Positions 19,706-29,207 of a stretch of 64,000 bases of DNA are shown piece by piece. The stretch is from an uncultured Bacteriovoracaceae bacterium (GTDB lineage Bacteria; Bdellovibrionota; UBA1018). How positions within the stretch are numbered: the first letter of the stretch is position 1; every line of letters starts with the position of its first letter. Position numbers and translations under genes: made by a program. The notes under the pieces were generated by a model. The model had not been told where the DNA came from. It saw nothing but the letters and a program-made list of their open reading frames with translations, and searched no databases. The stretch spans positions 4,036 through 68,035 of the forward strand of contig CAYIHX010000010.1 in NCBI GenBank assembly GCA_964363305.1. The letters run 5' to 3'.

Positions 19706-21276
19706 TGCCTCCTCCTGAGGATCCAGAGGATGATTCCCGCCATTGCGATTGCAAGCGGCAGAATCAGCATCGAGAAAATCCCGATGGTGCCTGCGGCACG
19801 CGAGGAGAGCTCAAGCTTGCTCGGTGCGTCTTCGGCCTTTCGGACTGAGATCACGCTTTCGTCGTCGAGTACCCAGCTCACGGCGTTCGCGAAAAAGTCG
19901 AGATTGAGTCCGAAGCGCGCAAAGTTATTGTTGGCAAAGTTCGAGCTTCCAAAGACGACAAGGCGAGTTTTCTTCTCGGCTTTCGAGTCTTTGAGTTTTC
20001 CTTCTACCGCAATGGCTGCGTTGAAAGGACCGGCCTTTGTTTTCGAGGGGTCGACGGCCACCTTGCCTGTGGCAAATTGCTTGAGGTCGTTGATCAGCAG
20101 GCTCTTCGCCGTCGTTTGTCCTAGCCATTGCACGGTCAGGCCCTCGGGGGCGCCGGCGACGATCTCCAGAGGAGAGGTGAACGGGAAAAACGAATTCCCC
20201 TGAAAATCGCGTGAAATGGCGTTGTCTTTGGAGTAGGAAGCGATGATCGGCATCGACATGTCCTGACCCAGGAGTTTGGATACGGGGTCGATGATGATCC
20301 CGAGGACAGGTTTGACATACCAATCCTTCATGAGTTCTTCGACGCCGCTAGGAAACTGGCCCGCCCGAATATCAAGGTCGAAGGAAAGAACCATACGGCC
20401 GCCGTTGGCGAGGTACTCGCGGAGCAGCTTCACCTCCGGAGCGAATAGTGCTTTCGCCGCCCCTACGATTGCCACGGCGGTGCAGTCCTTGAGCGTGGTC
20501 GCGCCCTCGAGGACTGAAATGTCCTTTACGAGGTACGACTGGTCTTCAAGGGCTTTTTTGGCCACCGTCATCCCGTCGGCCTCCTGGCCGCCAAAGCTTC
20601 GCTCCCCATGGCCGGTGATCGCGCACAAAGTGGGCGCGTGATCCTTGAGGAGTTTCATCAGAGCATTGAGGACCTTTTCCTCCGTAGGCTCTTCGACCTG
20701 GGTATTGCGCTCGCCGACGGAGATCTGCAGCGTGTTGTATTTTTTGATCCCCGCTTGGCGCGCCCGAGCCGGTTCTTTATCGGGATCGACATACTCGACG
20801 TCAAACTTCGGGTTGAGCCCTTTCAGTTCGTCGAGGAGCGGGCGAGCCGTTTGCTGTCCGCCCTTCGCGTACAAAATAGCCTTGATCTCTCGGCTGAGGC
20901 CTTTAACTACTTTGACAGTCTGTTCGTTGAGGGTGTTTTGTTTGGAACGGGTCAGGTCGAGCTTTTGTGGATAGCGGAAGCCCACGAAGTTCACGATTCC
21001 AAGCAGCACGAGAGTCAGCACCGTGACGATCGTCGAATAGAGGCCGAAGGCGCCGGTCCGGGTGGAGAGTGCTTTGCGGTACCGGTAGATGAGGCCACCG
21101 GCGCATGCCACGGTGAGGACACTGAACACGACCGTGAGCCAGGTCATCTCTTGAAATACCGCGACGGCGAAAAGAAGGCCGAGCAGCGAAAAGATGAGTC
21201 CCGTCCAGGCGCTGATGTTGATATTGTTCTCGGTCAGAAGCGATTTTTTGGTGTGGCCAGATTTTACCATGGTCAT
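19702..21276 (-). CDS. GldG-like ABC transporter auxiliary protein (ABC_transp_aux)
   Basis: 524 aa with N-terminal TM helices, a large periplasmic domain and a C-terminal TM anchor (LILPLAIAMAGIILWILRRR). Follows the ABC-2 permease. Confidence 0.8.
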   Translation of the reverse strand: MTMVKSGHTKKSLLTENNINISAWTGLIFSLLGLLFAVAVFQEMTWLTVVFSVLTVACAGGLIYRYRKALSTRTGAFGLYSTIVTVLTLVLLGIVNFVGFRYPQKLDLTRSKQNTLNEQTVKVVKGLSREIKAILYAKGGQQTARPLLDELKGLNPKFDVEYVDPDKEPARARQAGIKKYNTLQISVGERNTQVEEPTEEKVLNALMKLLKDHAPTLCAITGHGERSFGGQEADGMTVAKKALEDQSYLVKDISVLEGATTLKDCTAVAIVGAAKALFAPEVKLLREYLANGGRMVLSFDLDIRAGQFPSGVEELMKDWYVKPVLGIIIDPVSKLLGQDMSMPIIASYSKDNAISRDFQGNSFFPFTSPLEIVAGAPEGLTVQWLGQTTAKSLLINDLKQFATGKVAVDPSKTKAGPFNAAIAVEGKLKDSKAEKKTRLVVFGSSNFANNNFARFGLNLDFFANAVSWVLDDESVISVRKAEDAPSKLELSSRAAGTIGIFSMLILPLAIAMAGIILWILRRRQ

Positions 21277-22040
21277 TATCTCCAGCGATACGAGTCAAGC
21301 ACTCGGTGGGTAAGGAAAATTCCGAAAAAGATGAACGAAAAATAATAAATCAGATCAGACGTATTGACGATGCCCATGCTGAAGTTGTTGTAGTGCGAGA
21401 TCAACGAAAGAAAGCCCAGGAATTCACCCATACTCCCTCCAGCGGCGGATTGCGCCCAGCTGATGAGCCAGAAGAATAGGCCCGTCGCGAACGAGAGGGC
21501 GCCGGCTACGATCTGGTTCTCCGTCATCGCCGAGAAGACCATGCCGATGACCAGGGTGCAGGAGGCCATGAGTAGCGTGCCGATATAGGAGCCGATGATC
21601 GGGCCGGGGTCGGGGTTCCCCGTGATCGCGAGAACGATGGGATAGAAGGCCGTCGTGCCCACCATCACGGCCAGCAGGAGGAACGCGCTGGAGAATTTTC
21701 CGAGCACGATTTCCAGCATAGTGACTGGCGCGGTCATCAGAAGCTGAATCGTTTGATTTTTGCGTTCTTCAGCGAAGAGCCGCATGGTGATGAACGGGAC
21801 GAGAAGCAGGAAAACCACATTCATATTTCCGAATACGGGCCGGATGATCTGATCCGTGATGCTTGCGCCTTTTCCCTGGTTGTACTGCTGATACTGCAGG
21901 TTCGCCGTGTGGAAATAGACGAGGCTCATGTAAAACATCCACCCCATGATGGCCGTGAAGCCCGCAATCACGAAGTAGGCGATGGGCGAAGTAAAGTAGC
22001 TTCGGAAGTCTCTGCGTGCGATGGTCCAGATATTTTTCAT
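21276..22040 (-). CDS. ABC-2 type transporter permease (GldF-like)
   Basis: 254 aa, six predicted TM segments, ATGA overlap with the ATPase gene. Confidence 0.85.
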   Translation of the reverse strand: MKNIWTIARRDFRSYFTSPIAYFVIAGFTAIMGWMFYMSLVYFHTANLQYQQYNQGKGASITDQIIRPVFGNMNVVFLLLVPFITMRLFAEERKNQTIQLLMTAPVTMLEIVLGKFSSAFLLLAVMVGTTAFYPIVLAITGNPDPGPIIGSYIGTLLMASCTLVIGMVFSAMTENQIVAGALSFATGLFFWLISWAQSAAGGSMGEFLGFLSLISHYNNFSMGIVNTSDLIYYFSFIFFGIFLTHRVLDSYRWR

Positions 22041-22963
22041 ACCGCCTCCTCAGTGGTCAGTTGCAGGAAAATTTCTTCAAGGCTGACGCGCTCGGTGCTG
22101 AATTCCAGCACGCCCATTTGGCTTTGTACCGCCGCGCTCACGATCTGATCTCGGATTTCCGCGTTTCCTGGCGCGATCTCGACGACCAGCTTCGATCCCG
22201 CCACGGTGACGTTTGAGACGCCCGAGACTTTTCTCACGGCCTCAATGCCCGAGGCCGCGGGGTTCTTCACCTGCATGGAATAGATCAAGCCCTTTTTTAG
22301 GCGTAGGGTCAGCTGTTCGAGGGTGTCTTCCGCGACGATCTTGCCCCGCGAGATGATGATGATGCGCTGGCAAGTCGCCGTGACTTCAGGAAGAATATGC
22401 GAACTGAGAATGACGGTATGGTCTCCGCCAAGACCCTTGATCAGCTCGCGAATTTCGAGGATCTGCTTGGGATCAAGGCCCACCGTCGGTTCGTCGAGAA
22501 TCAGAACGGGCGGATTGTGAACCAGTGCTTGGGCCAGGCCAACTCGTTGCCGGTAACCTTTCGAAAGATTGCCGATCAGGCGTTTACGAACCGATCCGAG
22601 ATTGGTTTTTTGAAGCGCGACGTCGACCGCTTTTTTTCTTTCAGAAGAAGGGACTTGATGAAGACGCGCTGCGAAATCCAGATAGTCATCAACCTGCATC
22701 TCGAGGTAGACCGGCGGATTTTCAGGAAGGTAGCCGATGCTGCGTTTGACTTCGATGGGTGCCTTGAACACGTCGTGGCCGGCCACGGTTACAGTGCCGG
22801 TCGTGGCCGGCATGAACGCGGTGATCATTCGCATCGTGGTACTCTTGCCCGCGCCGTTTGGCCCGAGAAATCCCACGATTTCGCCTTTTTTTACCTCAAA
22901 ATTCAAATCTTCGACGGCAGTCCGCAATCCATACATCTTGGTGAGATGAGAGACGTGAATCAT
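22037..22963 (-). CDS. ABC transporter ATP-binding protein (GldA-like)
   Basis: Walker A GPNGAGKST, signature LSKGYRQRV, Walker B LILDEPTVGLD. Confidence 0.95.
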   Translation of the reverse strand: MIHVSHLTKMYGLRTAVEDLNFEVKKGEIVGFLGPNGAGKSTTMRMITAFMPATTGTVTVAGHDVFKAPIEVKRSIGYLPENPPVYLEMQVDDYLDFAARLHQVPSSERKKAVDVALQKTNLGSVRKRLIGNLSKGYRQRVGLAQALVHNPPVLILDEPTVGLDPKQILEIRELIKGLGGDHTVILSSHILPEVTATCQRIIIISRGKIVAEDTLEQLTLRLKKGLIYSMQVKNPAASGIEAVRKVSGVSNVTVAGSKLVVEIAPGNAEIRDQIVSAAVQSQMGVLEFSTERVSLEEIFLQLTTEEAV

Positions 22964-23119
22964 TAATGTGCTCCTCGCATTCGTTCAATGTAGAGAGTCT
23001 TGTGGGAGAGGATTAGAATGTCGACCAATAAAAAAAGCAACAGGTTGCTGAGAGGGATCAGATCGGTTATGTTCCCGCGCGGAACAAAAACCCTTTTCCC
23101 CTAAGGCTGGTGCCGTTTG

Positions 23120-23731
23120 ATGACTTCGAAGAACCCGACTTCAAAGCCCTTGACACTCCGCTTCCTGTCTTTTCTCTTTTCTTCCATCCTCTTTTTTTCC
23201 CTAGTAGTCGTAGATTCGAGCTGGGCTCGTGGCCGTCATCCGCCTCAGCCGACCCAGGAGGGAACCCCCCCCTGCATTGACAAGACCCAAGGTGGAATTG
23301 CCCTTCCGGTGATGAATGAGGTCGTATTGGGGTGGAAACAAAGTACGCCGAATCAGACTCTCAAGCGCGCCCACGTCGCCGGGGTACTCGTCCGAGTGGT
23401 CGAGGCGAGGAAGTCGCATGCTCACTTTGAAGTGAAAATTGGCGAGCACGCGGGCGAGTCACTTGAGCTTATTTATAACGTCGAATTTGGGCGTCTTCCC
23501 GCATTAAGTCCAGGCGCGCAGGTGGAAGCCTGCGGTGATTATATTACCTCCACGGCGAGAGCCGGGCGCTATCCTCCTTCTCCCATGGGGGCGATCTTGC
23601 ACTGGATTCACTTCAATCCGGGCGATCGAGACGGAGGCAGGCACGAGCATGGCTATGTCATGATCGATGGCGTGGTTTACGGCGGTGCTCGTGGCGAGAC
23701 TGCTCCCGGTTTGTTTTCAGTCTCTTTCTGA
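23120..23731 (+). CDS. Secreted DUF3465-like protein
   Basis: N-terminal hydrophobic signal. The C-terminal pattern (HFEVKIG, IYNVEF, GDYI, ILHWIHFNP, GRHEHGYVMIDGVVYG) matches my recollection of DUF3465. Confidence 0.6.
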   Translation: MTSKNPTSKPLTLRFLSFLFSSILFFSLVVVDSSWARGRHPPQPTQEGTPPCIDKTQGGIALPVMNEVVLGWKQSTPNQTLKRAHVAGVLVRVVEARKSHAHFEVKIGEHAGESLELIYNVEFGRLPALSPGAQVEACGDYITSTARAGRYPPSPMGAILHWIHFNPGDRDGGRHEHGYVMIDGVVYGGARGETAPGLFSVSF

Positions 23732-23746
23732 TTTCGGTTTCTAAAT

Positions 23747-23790
23747 GAAAAAGGGCCCGACGTTTTGGCGTCGGGCCCTTTTGTTTCTTT
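23747..23790. terminator. Bidirectional rho-independent terminator
   Basis: 10-bp GC-rich stem GGGCCCGACG / CGTCGGGCCC (23753-23778) with a 6-nt loop. It is flanked by an A-run upstream and a T-run downstream, between convergent genes. Confidence 0.8.
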
Positions 23791-23854
23791 CGGCGCCTCG
23801 AAGATCGGGGGGGGTGACGTCCGAGACGCTGAAAGAATGAAAATCGATTTTTGC

Positions 23855-24112
23855 TCAGTGACCGCGAGCTACGGCGTCGCACTCGGCACGGGATTCAAAG
23901 ACGAATGGATTTGCGCAGCCGCTCGCGGAACGGGCTTCGCATTTTCCGGTGTCGGTATTGATCACGAAGCCTGTCCAATAGGCCATGCAATATCCGTTGT
24001 CCGGTGTCATGCCCCAGAGATCCATCGCATCCGCTGATTGAATCGATGCCGCTGCTGCAAGAGTGAGAATGAGTGTCTTCATGTTTGAGAGGGATACAGT
24101 TGTGCTCGCCAT
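23855..24112 (-). CDS. Small secreted Kunitz/BPTI-like protein (4-Cys variant)
   Basis: Sec signal MKTLILTLAAAASIQSADA (alternative start ATG 24082). The mature part has C-x15-C-x7-C-x11-C, with N-x5-C, G-x-C and F-x-S-x3-C positions matching BPTI. Confidence 0.6.
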   Translation of the reverse strand: MASTTVSLSNMKTLILTLAAAASIQSADAMDLWGMTPDNGYCMAYWTGFVINTDTGKCEARSASGCANPFVFESRAECDAVARGH

Positions 24113-24208
24113 CTCTCCAATTATTCTTCTTGGTGGAAGTTCATTACGAATAGTTATATCGCGATGCGTAAATATGCAGATTGATCAGCTTTCCAGTAGA
24201 GTAGGGGC

Positions 24209-25177
24209 ATGCGTATCTGGATAGCGTTGATCTCCATCTTGGGAGGCTCCGTCATACTTGCACTCAAGTGGGTGGCCTATGCATGGACTGGCTCGGCCGC
24301 GTTAAAGTCGGATGCGCTCGAGGGAATCGTGAACGTGGTCGCGGCGGTCTTTGCTTTGGGCGCGTTGGTTTACTCGGAAAAGCCTTCTGATCGGGAGCAT
24401 CCGTACGGCCACGGAAAAATGGAAAATTTTTCCGCGGCGTTTGAAGGAGGGTTGGTCACTCTTGCAGCAATCTTGATTCTTTATGAGGGTGCTTCCGCAA
24501 TTCTCTACGGAGTGCAACCGCGTGAGCTCGGTACAGGGCTGTTGGTGAATGCGATTTCTGGAATTTTAAATGGTCTCCTGGGGTGGTTTCTGATCGCTCA
24601 GGGAAGGAAGCACCAGTCAAAAGCCATCGAGGCGGATGGGCATCATGTTCTTTCTGACTTTTTCACCACGATCGGCCTTTTGCTGGGGCTCCTTCTTGTC
24701 TGGCTGACGGGCTGGGTCTGGTTAGACGGTGTGATCGCCATCGCGATCGGTCTGCTGTTAGTTCGCACCGGCTTCAAGTTGGTGAGGGAGTCTTCGTCTG
24801 CGTTGCTCGATTCCGAGGATCCGAACATTCTGGAGAAAATCGTGGGCTTCCTGAATGGGTCAGTGCCGCGAGAAATGATTACGATACACGGTCTGCGCAC
24901 GTTGAGGAGCGGGCGGAACACTCATGTTCAGGCTGATTTTGTGGTGCCGGAGTTTCTCAGTGTTCGTGAGGCTCACGACCTCGTCGCCGATCAGTGTTCG
25001 CGCCTCATGACCGAGCTGGGCCTGGCCGGAGAGGTTCAGGCGCACATCGATCCTTGCGGCAGGGCCTATTGCTCCAGTTGTGCGGTAGACCCTTGTCCCG
25101 TGCGCGAGGCCCCCTGTGCGGGGCGTGAGGTTTTGACGGTCGAGGGCGCGACCTCTTACTTGCCGAATCGTTCGTAG
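24209..25177 (+). CDS. Cation diffusion facilitator (CDF) family metal efflux transporter
   Basis: Six TM segments, the CDF signature region (SDALEGIVNVV, HPYGHGKMENF, DGHHVLSD), a cytoplasmic C-terminal domain and a Cys-rich tail. Confidence 0.9.
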   Translation: MRIWIALISILGGSVILALKWVAYAWTGSAALKSDALEGIVNVVAAVFALGALVYSEKPSDREHPYGHGKMENFSAAFEGGLVTLAAILILYEGASAILYGVQPRELGTGLLVNAISGILNGLLGWFLIAQGRKHQSKAIEADGHHVLSDFFTTIGLLLGLLLVWLTGWVWLDGVIAIAIGLLLVRTGFKLVRESSSALLDSEDPNILEKIVGFLNGSVPREMITIHGLRTLRSGRNTHVQADFVVPEFLSVREAHDLVADQCSRLMTELGLAGEVQAHIDPCGRAYCSSCAVDPCPVREAPCAGREVLTVEGATSYLPNRS

Positions 25178-26214
25178 CTATGCACCAGCTGTTCGATCCG
25201 CTTGATGACCGCGTCGACGGTCTTGTCGAGCGGAACGGATAAAGCGAGGCCGGCGGCAAAGTCATGTCCTCCGCCTCCCAGTTCCATCGCAACGCGATTG
25301 ATGACGATTTTGCCCTTCGACTTCATCGACACCCTGACCGTGTGGTCATCCTCTTCTCTGAAGAGGCAGACCACTTCGGCGTCTTTGAGGAGGAGCAGGA
25401 GGTTGAGAAAGGATTGAGTATCATCGGACGAGGCTTGGTGTTTTTTTCGAAGATCCAGCGGCATTTCTAGCCACGCAATCTTGCCCCCGTGCGCGATTTT
25501 CACGTTTTGCAGCATGTGGCCGAGGAGCTGCAGGTGGGAGAGCTCCTTGCTGGAGTAGATCGCCTGATAGACTTCTTCGGGATTGACGCCTTGGGCGATC
25601 ATGTCCGCGGCGATCCGGTGGGCGAGAGGGGTGGTCCGCGCGTATCTAAAGCTATTTGTGTCGGTCATGACGGATACGTAGAGGCCGAGAGCGACGTCTT
25701 TGTTGATTTTCGCCAAACTGAGCTGATCGAAGACGTGGTGAAGCAGCTCGCCGATGCTGCTCGACGCGATATCAGAGACCACCATGGCATGAGGGGGATA
25801 GGGGATGTCCCCGTTACCACCGATGTTGTCGGGGTGGTGATCAAGGAAAACAATTTTTTTGGCTCGAAGCGAGAGTTCGGGCCATAGCTTGCCCAGGCGG
25901 CGTGGGTCATTCGTGTCGAGGATGACCCAGAGATCGCAGGTGTCCCAAAGCTCTACCTCGCCAGGTCCCAGGAGAATTTGGGCTTTCGGATCGAGAAAAC
26001 GATACCGTTTTGGCAGTAAGTCGGGGTTGTAGATCCGGCAGGCCTTCCTGGCGCGTTTGAGATAGTGAAAGAGCGCAATTTCCGCGCCGAGGCCGTCCCC
26101 GTCAGGAAGTTGATGAGTCGAGATCAGGATTCGCTTGGCCTGTCCGAGGTATTCTTTAAACTTCTGAAACTCTTTAGATTTCGAGAGCTCAGGAGGTTTT
26201 TCTTTCGGGCTCAA
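25156..26214 (-). CDS. nrnA: DHH/DHHA1 phosphoesterase (NrnA-like oligoribonuclease/pAp phosphatase)
   Basis: DHH motifs HQLPDGDGLGAE, LDHH and DTNSFRY, and DHHA1 GGGGHDFAAG. Confidence 0.85.
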   Translation of the reverse strand: MSPKEKPPELSKSKEFQKFKEYLGQAKRILISTHQLPDGDGLGAEIALFHYLKRARKACRIYNPDLLPKRYRFLDPKAQILLGPGEVELWDTCDLWVILDTNDPRRLGKLWPELSLRAKKIVFLDHHPDNIGGNGDIPYPPHAMVVSDIASSSIGELLHHVFDQLSLAKINKDVALGLYVSVMTDTNSFRYARTTPLAHRIAADMIAQGVNPEEVYQAIYSSKELSHLQLLGHMLQNVKIAHGGKIAWLEMPLDLRKKHQASSDDTQSFLNLLLLLKDAEVVCLFREEDDHTVRVSMKSKGKIVINRVAMELGGGGHDFAAGLALSVPLDKTVDAVIKRIEQLVHSYERFGK

Positions 26215-26296
26215 GCTAGTGTCCTCAATTGCCGATTTTTCTATCTGAATGAAGTGGTGAACCCAGGGTACGGCCTTAAGAGGAAGCGATCAAGAC

Positions 26297-26629
26297 ATGG
26301 CGATAAGAAAGAAGACGAAAGAAGATCAGATAGATCCCTTGTATGTCATTTTTGAGCAACATTTGTTCAGTTTTTCTGATCCCGAGGTGGATCGGAAGAC
26401 TTTTGTCGCCCACGTGGTGGTCGAGTACCTGAACTTCCTCCGTAAAAAGAGCGTTACCGTCCCGCGATCGCTAGAAGGGGCGATTATCGAGGAGATCGGG
26501 AGTCAGGTGAACACGATGCTCGTGAAGAAAATTTATGGCTGTCTGAGCATCCGGGACTTTCAGAGGGGAATACCCCCGCAGGTCCGAAAGCGCGCGAGGA
26601 AACGCTATACCAAGCTCGAGGCGGCCTAG
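26297..26629 (+). CDS. Hypothetical protein
   Basis: 110-aa ORF preceded by a purine-rich RBS (AAGAGGAAG). No recognisable motif. Confidence 0.5.
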   Translation: MAIRKKTKEDQIDPLYVIFEQHLFSFSDPEVDRKTFVAHVVVEYLNFLRKKSVTVPRSLEGAIIEEIGSQVNTMLVKKIYGCLSIRDFQRGIPPQVRKRARKRYTKLEAA

Positions 26630-27577
26630 TCAGATGCGGGCGGCGGAGCGTGCTTTTTTCGCTACCCTTTTTTGATCAGTGCGCTCGATCTGAATAGGAT
26701 CGCCATTTGCGATAGCGATCATCCGGCTGATGATCGCTCCGGCCATATTGAGTCCGGTCGCTTTTTCGATTCCTTCGAATCCGGGCGAGCTGTTGGCTTC
26801 GAGAATCAAAGGCCCTTGGCGGCTTGTGATGATGTCGATACCGGCGATGTCGAGTCCCAGCACCCTTGCCGCCTGAACGGCCGCTTTAGCGTAGGAGGCC
26901 GGCAATTTGACCATCGAGCCCTGGGCGCCTCGATGAATATTTGCGCGAAATTCGCCATTCGCGGCTTTTCTCATCATGGCAGCGGCGATTTGGTCACCAA
27001 CGACGAAGGCCCGGTAGTCGCTTCCGGCGCATTCAGCGATGAACTGCTGGATGATGACGTCTTGATCCAGGCCTTGTAGCGTTTCCATGACGGATTCAAG
27101 CGAGATGGGCGTATCGAGGAGCATGACTCCTGAGCCCTGGGTCCCTTGCAGCATCTTCAGAACCACAGGGAACCCGCGGACGGCCTCGATCGCCTGAGGC
27201 AAACCAATTTGAGAGCGGCTCAAGACCGAGGCCGGCACTCGAAGTCCCGCTTCCCCGAGGAGTTGCAGGCAACGAAATTTATCGCGTGATTCGGCGATGG
27301 CGCGAGAGGGGTTGAGAACTCGCATGCCCAACGCCTCGAATTGCCGGACCACGGCGAGTCCATATCGAGTGATCGAGGCCCCGATACGGGGGAGGATGGC
27401 GTCGTAGTTGGGGAGGCGAATGCCTTTGTAGAGGATTCGGGTGCGTTTGCCGTCGATGACGAGCTGGCACGCAAGGGGGTCGATCACATCGCAGGCGATA
27501 TCCCGCATGCGGGCCTCTTGGAGAAGTCTCCTGATGCTGTGCAGATTGGAATTTCGGGACAAGATTGCGAAGTGCAT
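26630..27577 (-). CDS. rimK: RimK-family alpha-L-glutamate ligase (ATP-grasp)
   Basis: MHFAILSRNSNLHSIRRL, VLKMLQGTQGSGV, AGIDIITSRQGPLILEANSSPGFEGIE. Confidence 0.9.
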   Translation of the reverse strand: MHFAILSRNSNLHSIRRLLQEARMRDIACDVIDPLACQLVIDGKRTRILYKGIRLPNYDAILPRIGASITRYGLAVVRQFEALGMRVLNPSRAIAESRDKFRCLQLLGEAGLRVPASVLSRSQIGLPQAIEAVRGFPVVLKMLQGTQGSGVMLLDTPISLESVMETLQGLDQDVIIQQFIAECAGSDYRAFVVGDQIAAAMMRKAANGEFRANIHRGAQGSMVKLPASYAKAAVQAARVLGLDIAGIDIITSRQGPLILEANSSPGFEGIEKATGLNMAGAIISRMIAIANGDPIQIERTDQKRVAKKARSAARI

Positions 27578-27610
27578 AGACGTTAAGCCCAGTGTAGCAT
27601 CGAGATACGA

Positions 27611-28828
27611 GTGCGCCTACGCGATATCCTTCCTCTTCTTTTGCTGACGGCTTTGGGGTGTTCTACTTCCGCGCCGCCTCTGGATCTTCCCAGCCCGGTC
27701 GAGGGCCTTCCGTCGTTTGATCGTTTGAGCGTCAAGCCGGTGACGCGCTCGGCCTGGTCGAAGCAGTTGCCCGGGTTGATCACGGAATTGCATCTTGCTC
27801 GGGGAGGAGAGCCGGTATTCTCTTCGCGCCCGGAGAACGGGCGGGGCGTCCATTCGGTGAGTCGGTATGCTCATTCCGGGCGGCCGCGTTGGAGGTCCAG
27901 ATTTCGGAACCTGGTTCGTGCTCTTTCGGTGTCGCCCAACGGGAAAGAGGTTTTTTATAATGCTTATCCCGAGGATTTCGGGGCCCTTGGCTCCACGGGA
28001 AAGCCACTCTGGAAGTCACAGGCGCTTTGCAGGCCTGTCGCGCTGATCGATGGGCAAGCCATTTGCTTTCAGGATGACGACACACAGCCAGGGGTCGCGT
28101 TCGAGCTTTTCGGAGCCGGAGGGGAAAAGATCGCATTGCAGCCTGCGTTGAAGGATGCGGTTGCGCTTGGTTCGGATCGATCCGGGAGGGGCGTGGTCGT
28201 GGCCTCTGTAGACGGACGTTTCGAGATGTTTCGTGTTTCTCCGTTTGCACGGACGTTCGAAGGGAGGGTGGACGGAGAGATCACCGACATCGACCTCAGA
28301 GCGGCGGTCAGCGATACAGAGTCACGCGTCGCGATTCTGTATACGGATCTTAAGCACAGTAAGCGGTTGGCGGTCTTTGATGCGGCCGGAAAGCGGCTGG
28401 GAGACGTGCAGATTCCCTTTTCTGCGGAGCAAGTCGTCTTTGCGGGCGAGGTCGACGAGGTGATGGTCGCGGATCCCACCGGAAACGCGCCCCGTTTCGC
28501 AGTATTTGATGTTCTGACTTCCCCTCGGCTGCTTTGGGAGGGGAAGAGTGAATTTGCGACGGAGTATGCTGTATTGGTTCGGCCCCTTTCAAAAGGCTGG
28601 GCGATTTACTGGGGGGTCGAAGCCAGTGCGGGCAAGTTGACTCGTTGGGCGGAGCTGATCGGGATATCCGCCGAGAATCCGAGGCATCCGATGTGGCGAG
28701 TTCGCGTCCCCGTTCCTGCCGGTGGGTATGTCTATTCTTTTGACGTGAGCGAGGAGGGAAAGAAGACCTGGTTGGCGGTCGCCACGGACCTGGGAAGTCT
28801 GTCGCTTTTTCGTTTGCTGCCGAAATAG
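27611..28828 (+). CDS. Hypothetical lipoprotein
   Basis: GTG start and the signal LLLLTALGC with a lipobox Cys. 405 aa, repetitive beta-rich composition, no family recognised. Confidence 0.6.
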   Translation: MRLRDILPLLLLTALGCSTSAPPLDLPSPVEGLPSFDRLSVKPVTRSAWSKQLPGLITELHLARGGEPVFSSRPENGRGVHSVSRYAHSGRPRWRSRFRNLVRALSVSPNGKEVFYNAYPEDFGALGSTGKPLWKSQALCRPVALIDGQAICFQDDDTQPGVAFELFGAGGEKIALQPALKDAVALGSDRSGRGVVVASVDGRFEMFRVSPFARTFEGRVDGEITDIDLRAAVSDTESRVAILYTDLKHSKRLAVFDAAGKRLGDVQIPFSAEQVVFAGEVDEVMVADPTGNAPRFAVFDVLTSPRLLWEGKSEFATEYAVLVRPLSKGWAIYWGVEASAGKLTRWAELIGISAENPRHPMWRVRVPVPAGGYVYSFDVSEEGKKTWLAVATDLGSLSLFRLLPK

Positions 28829-28868
28829 AAAACGCCGACCCCGGTGTAAGAAGGTCGGCGTTTCGTTT
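28829..28868. terminator. Bidirectional rho-independent terminator
   Basis: 11-bp stem AAACGCCGACC / GGTCGGCGTTT (28830-28840 / 28853-28863), T-rich on both strands, between convergent genes. Confidence 0.7.
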
Positions 28869-28895
28869 ACGGAGAAAAATGACTTGGCCCGCCCG

Positions 28896-29207
28896 CTAGC
28901 TGGCGGCCTGATGCAGATGCAGATGGTTCGTAGTTTTTTCCTTGTGTCGTTTGAGCTGCCTTTCAATCTTGGTCAGCGCTCCCTCGATTGAGCGATAGAG
29001 GTTCTCGGTTGCCGCCTCGCCAAAGTAGTCCATGTGGTTTCCAACCAGATGCACATGCGCGATCTGCCCCTGCTTCTCGACGCTGAAGCTCCACGTAATC
29101 GACACGCGACCTTGAAAGTACCTCGCAAGCCGCTTCGTTTTTTCCTGCGCGAACATCTTGATCGCCTCGGTAGAGTCGAGGTGTTTGAACGTCATGGTGA
29201 TTTCCAT
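28896..29207 (-). CDS. hpf: Ribosome hibernation promoting factor (HPF / sigma-54 modulation protein)
   Basis: 103 aa with an S30AE-family sequence. AGGAGG RBS upstream of ATG 29207. Canonical position downstream of rpoN. Confidence 0.9.
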   Translation of the reverse strand: MEITMTFKHLDSTEAIKMFAQEKTKRLARYFQGRVSITWSFSVEKQGQIAHVHLVGNHMDYFGEAATENLYRSIEGALTKIERQLKRHKEKTTNHLHLHQAAS

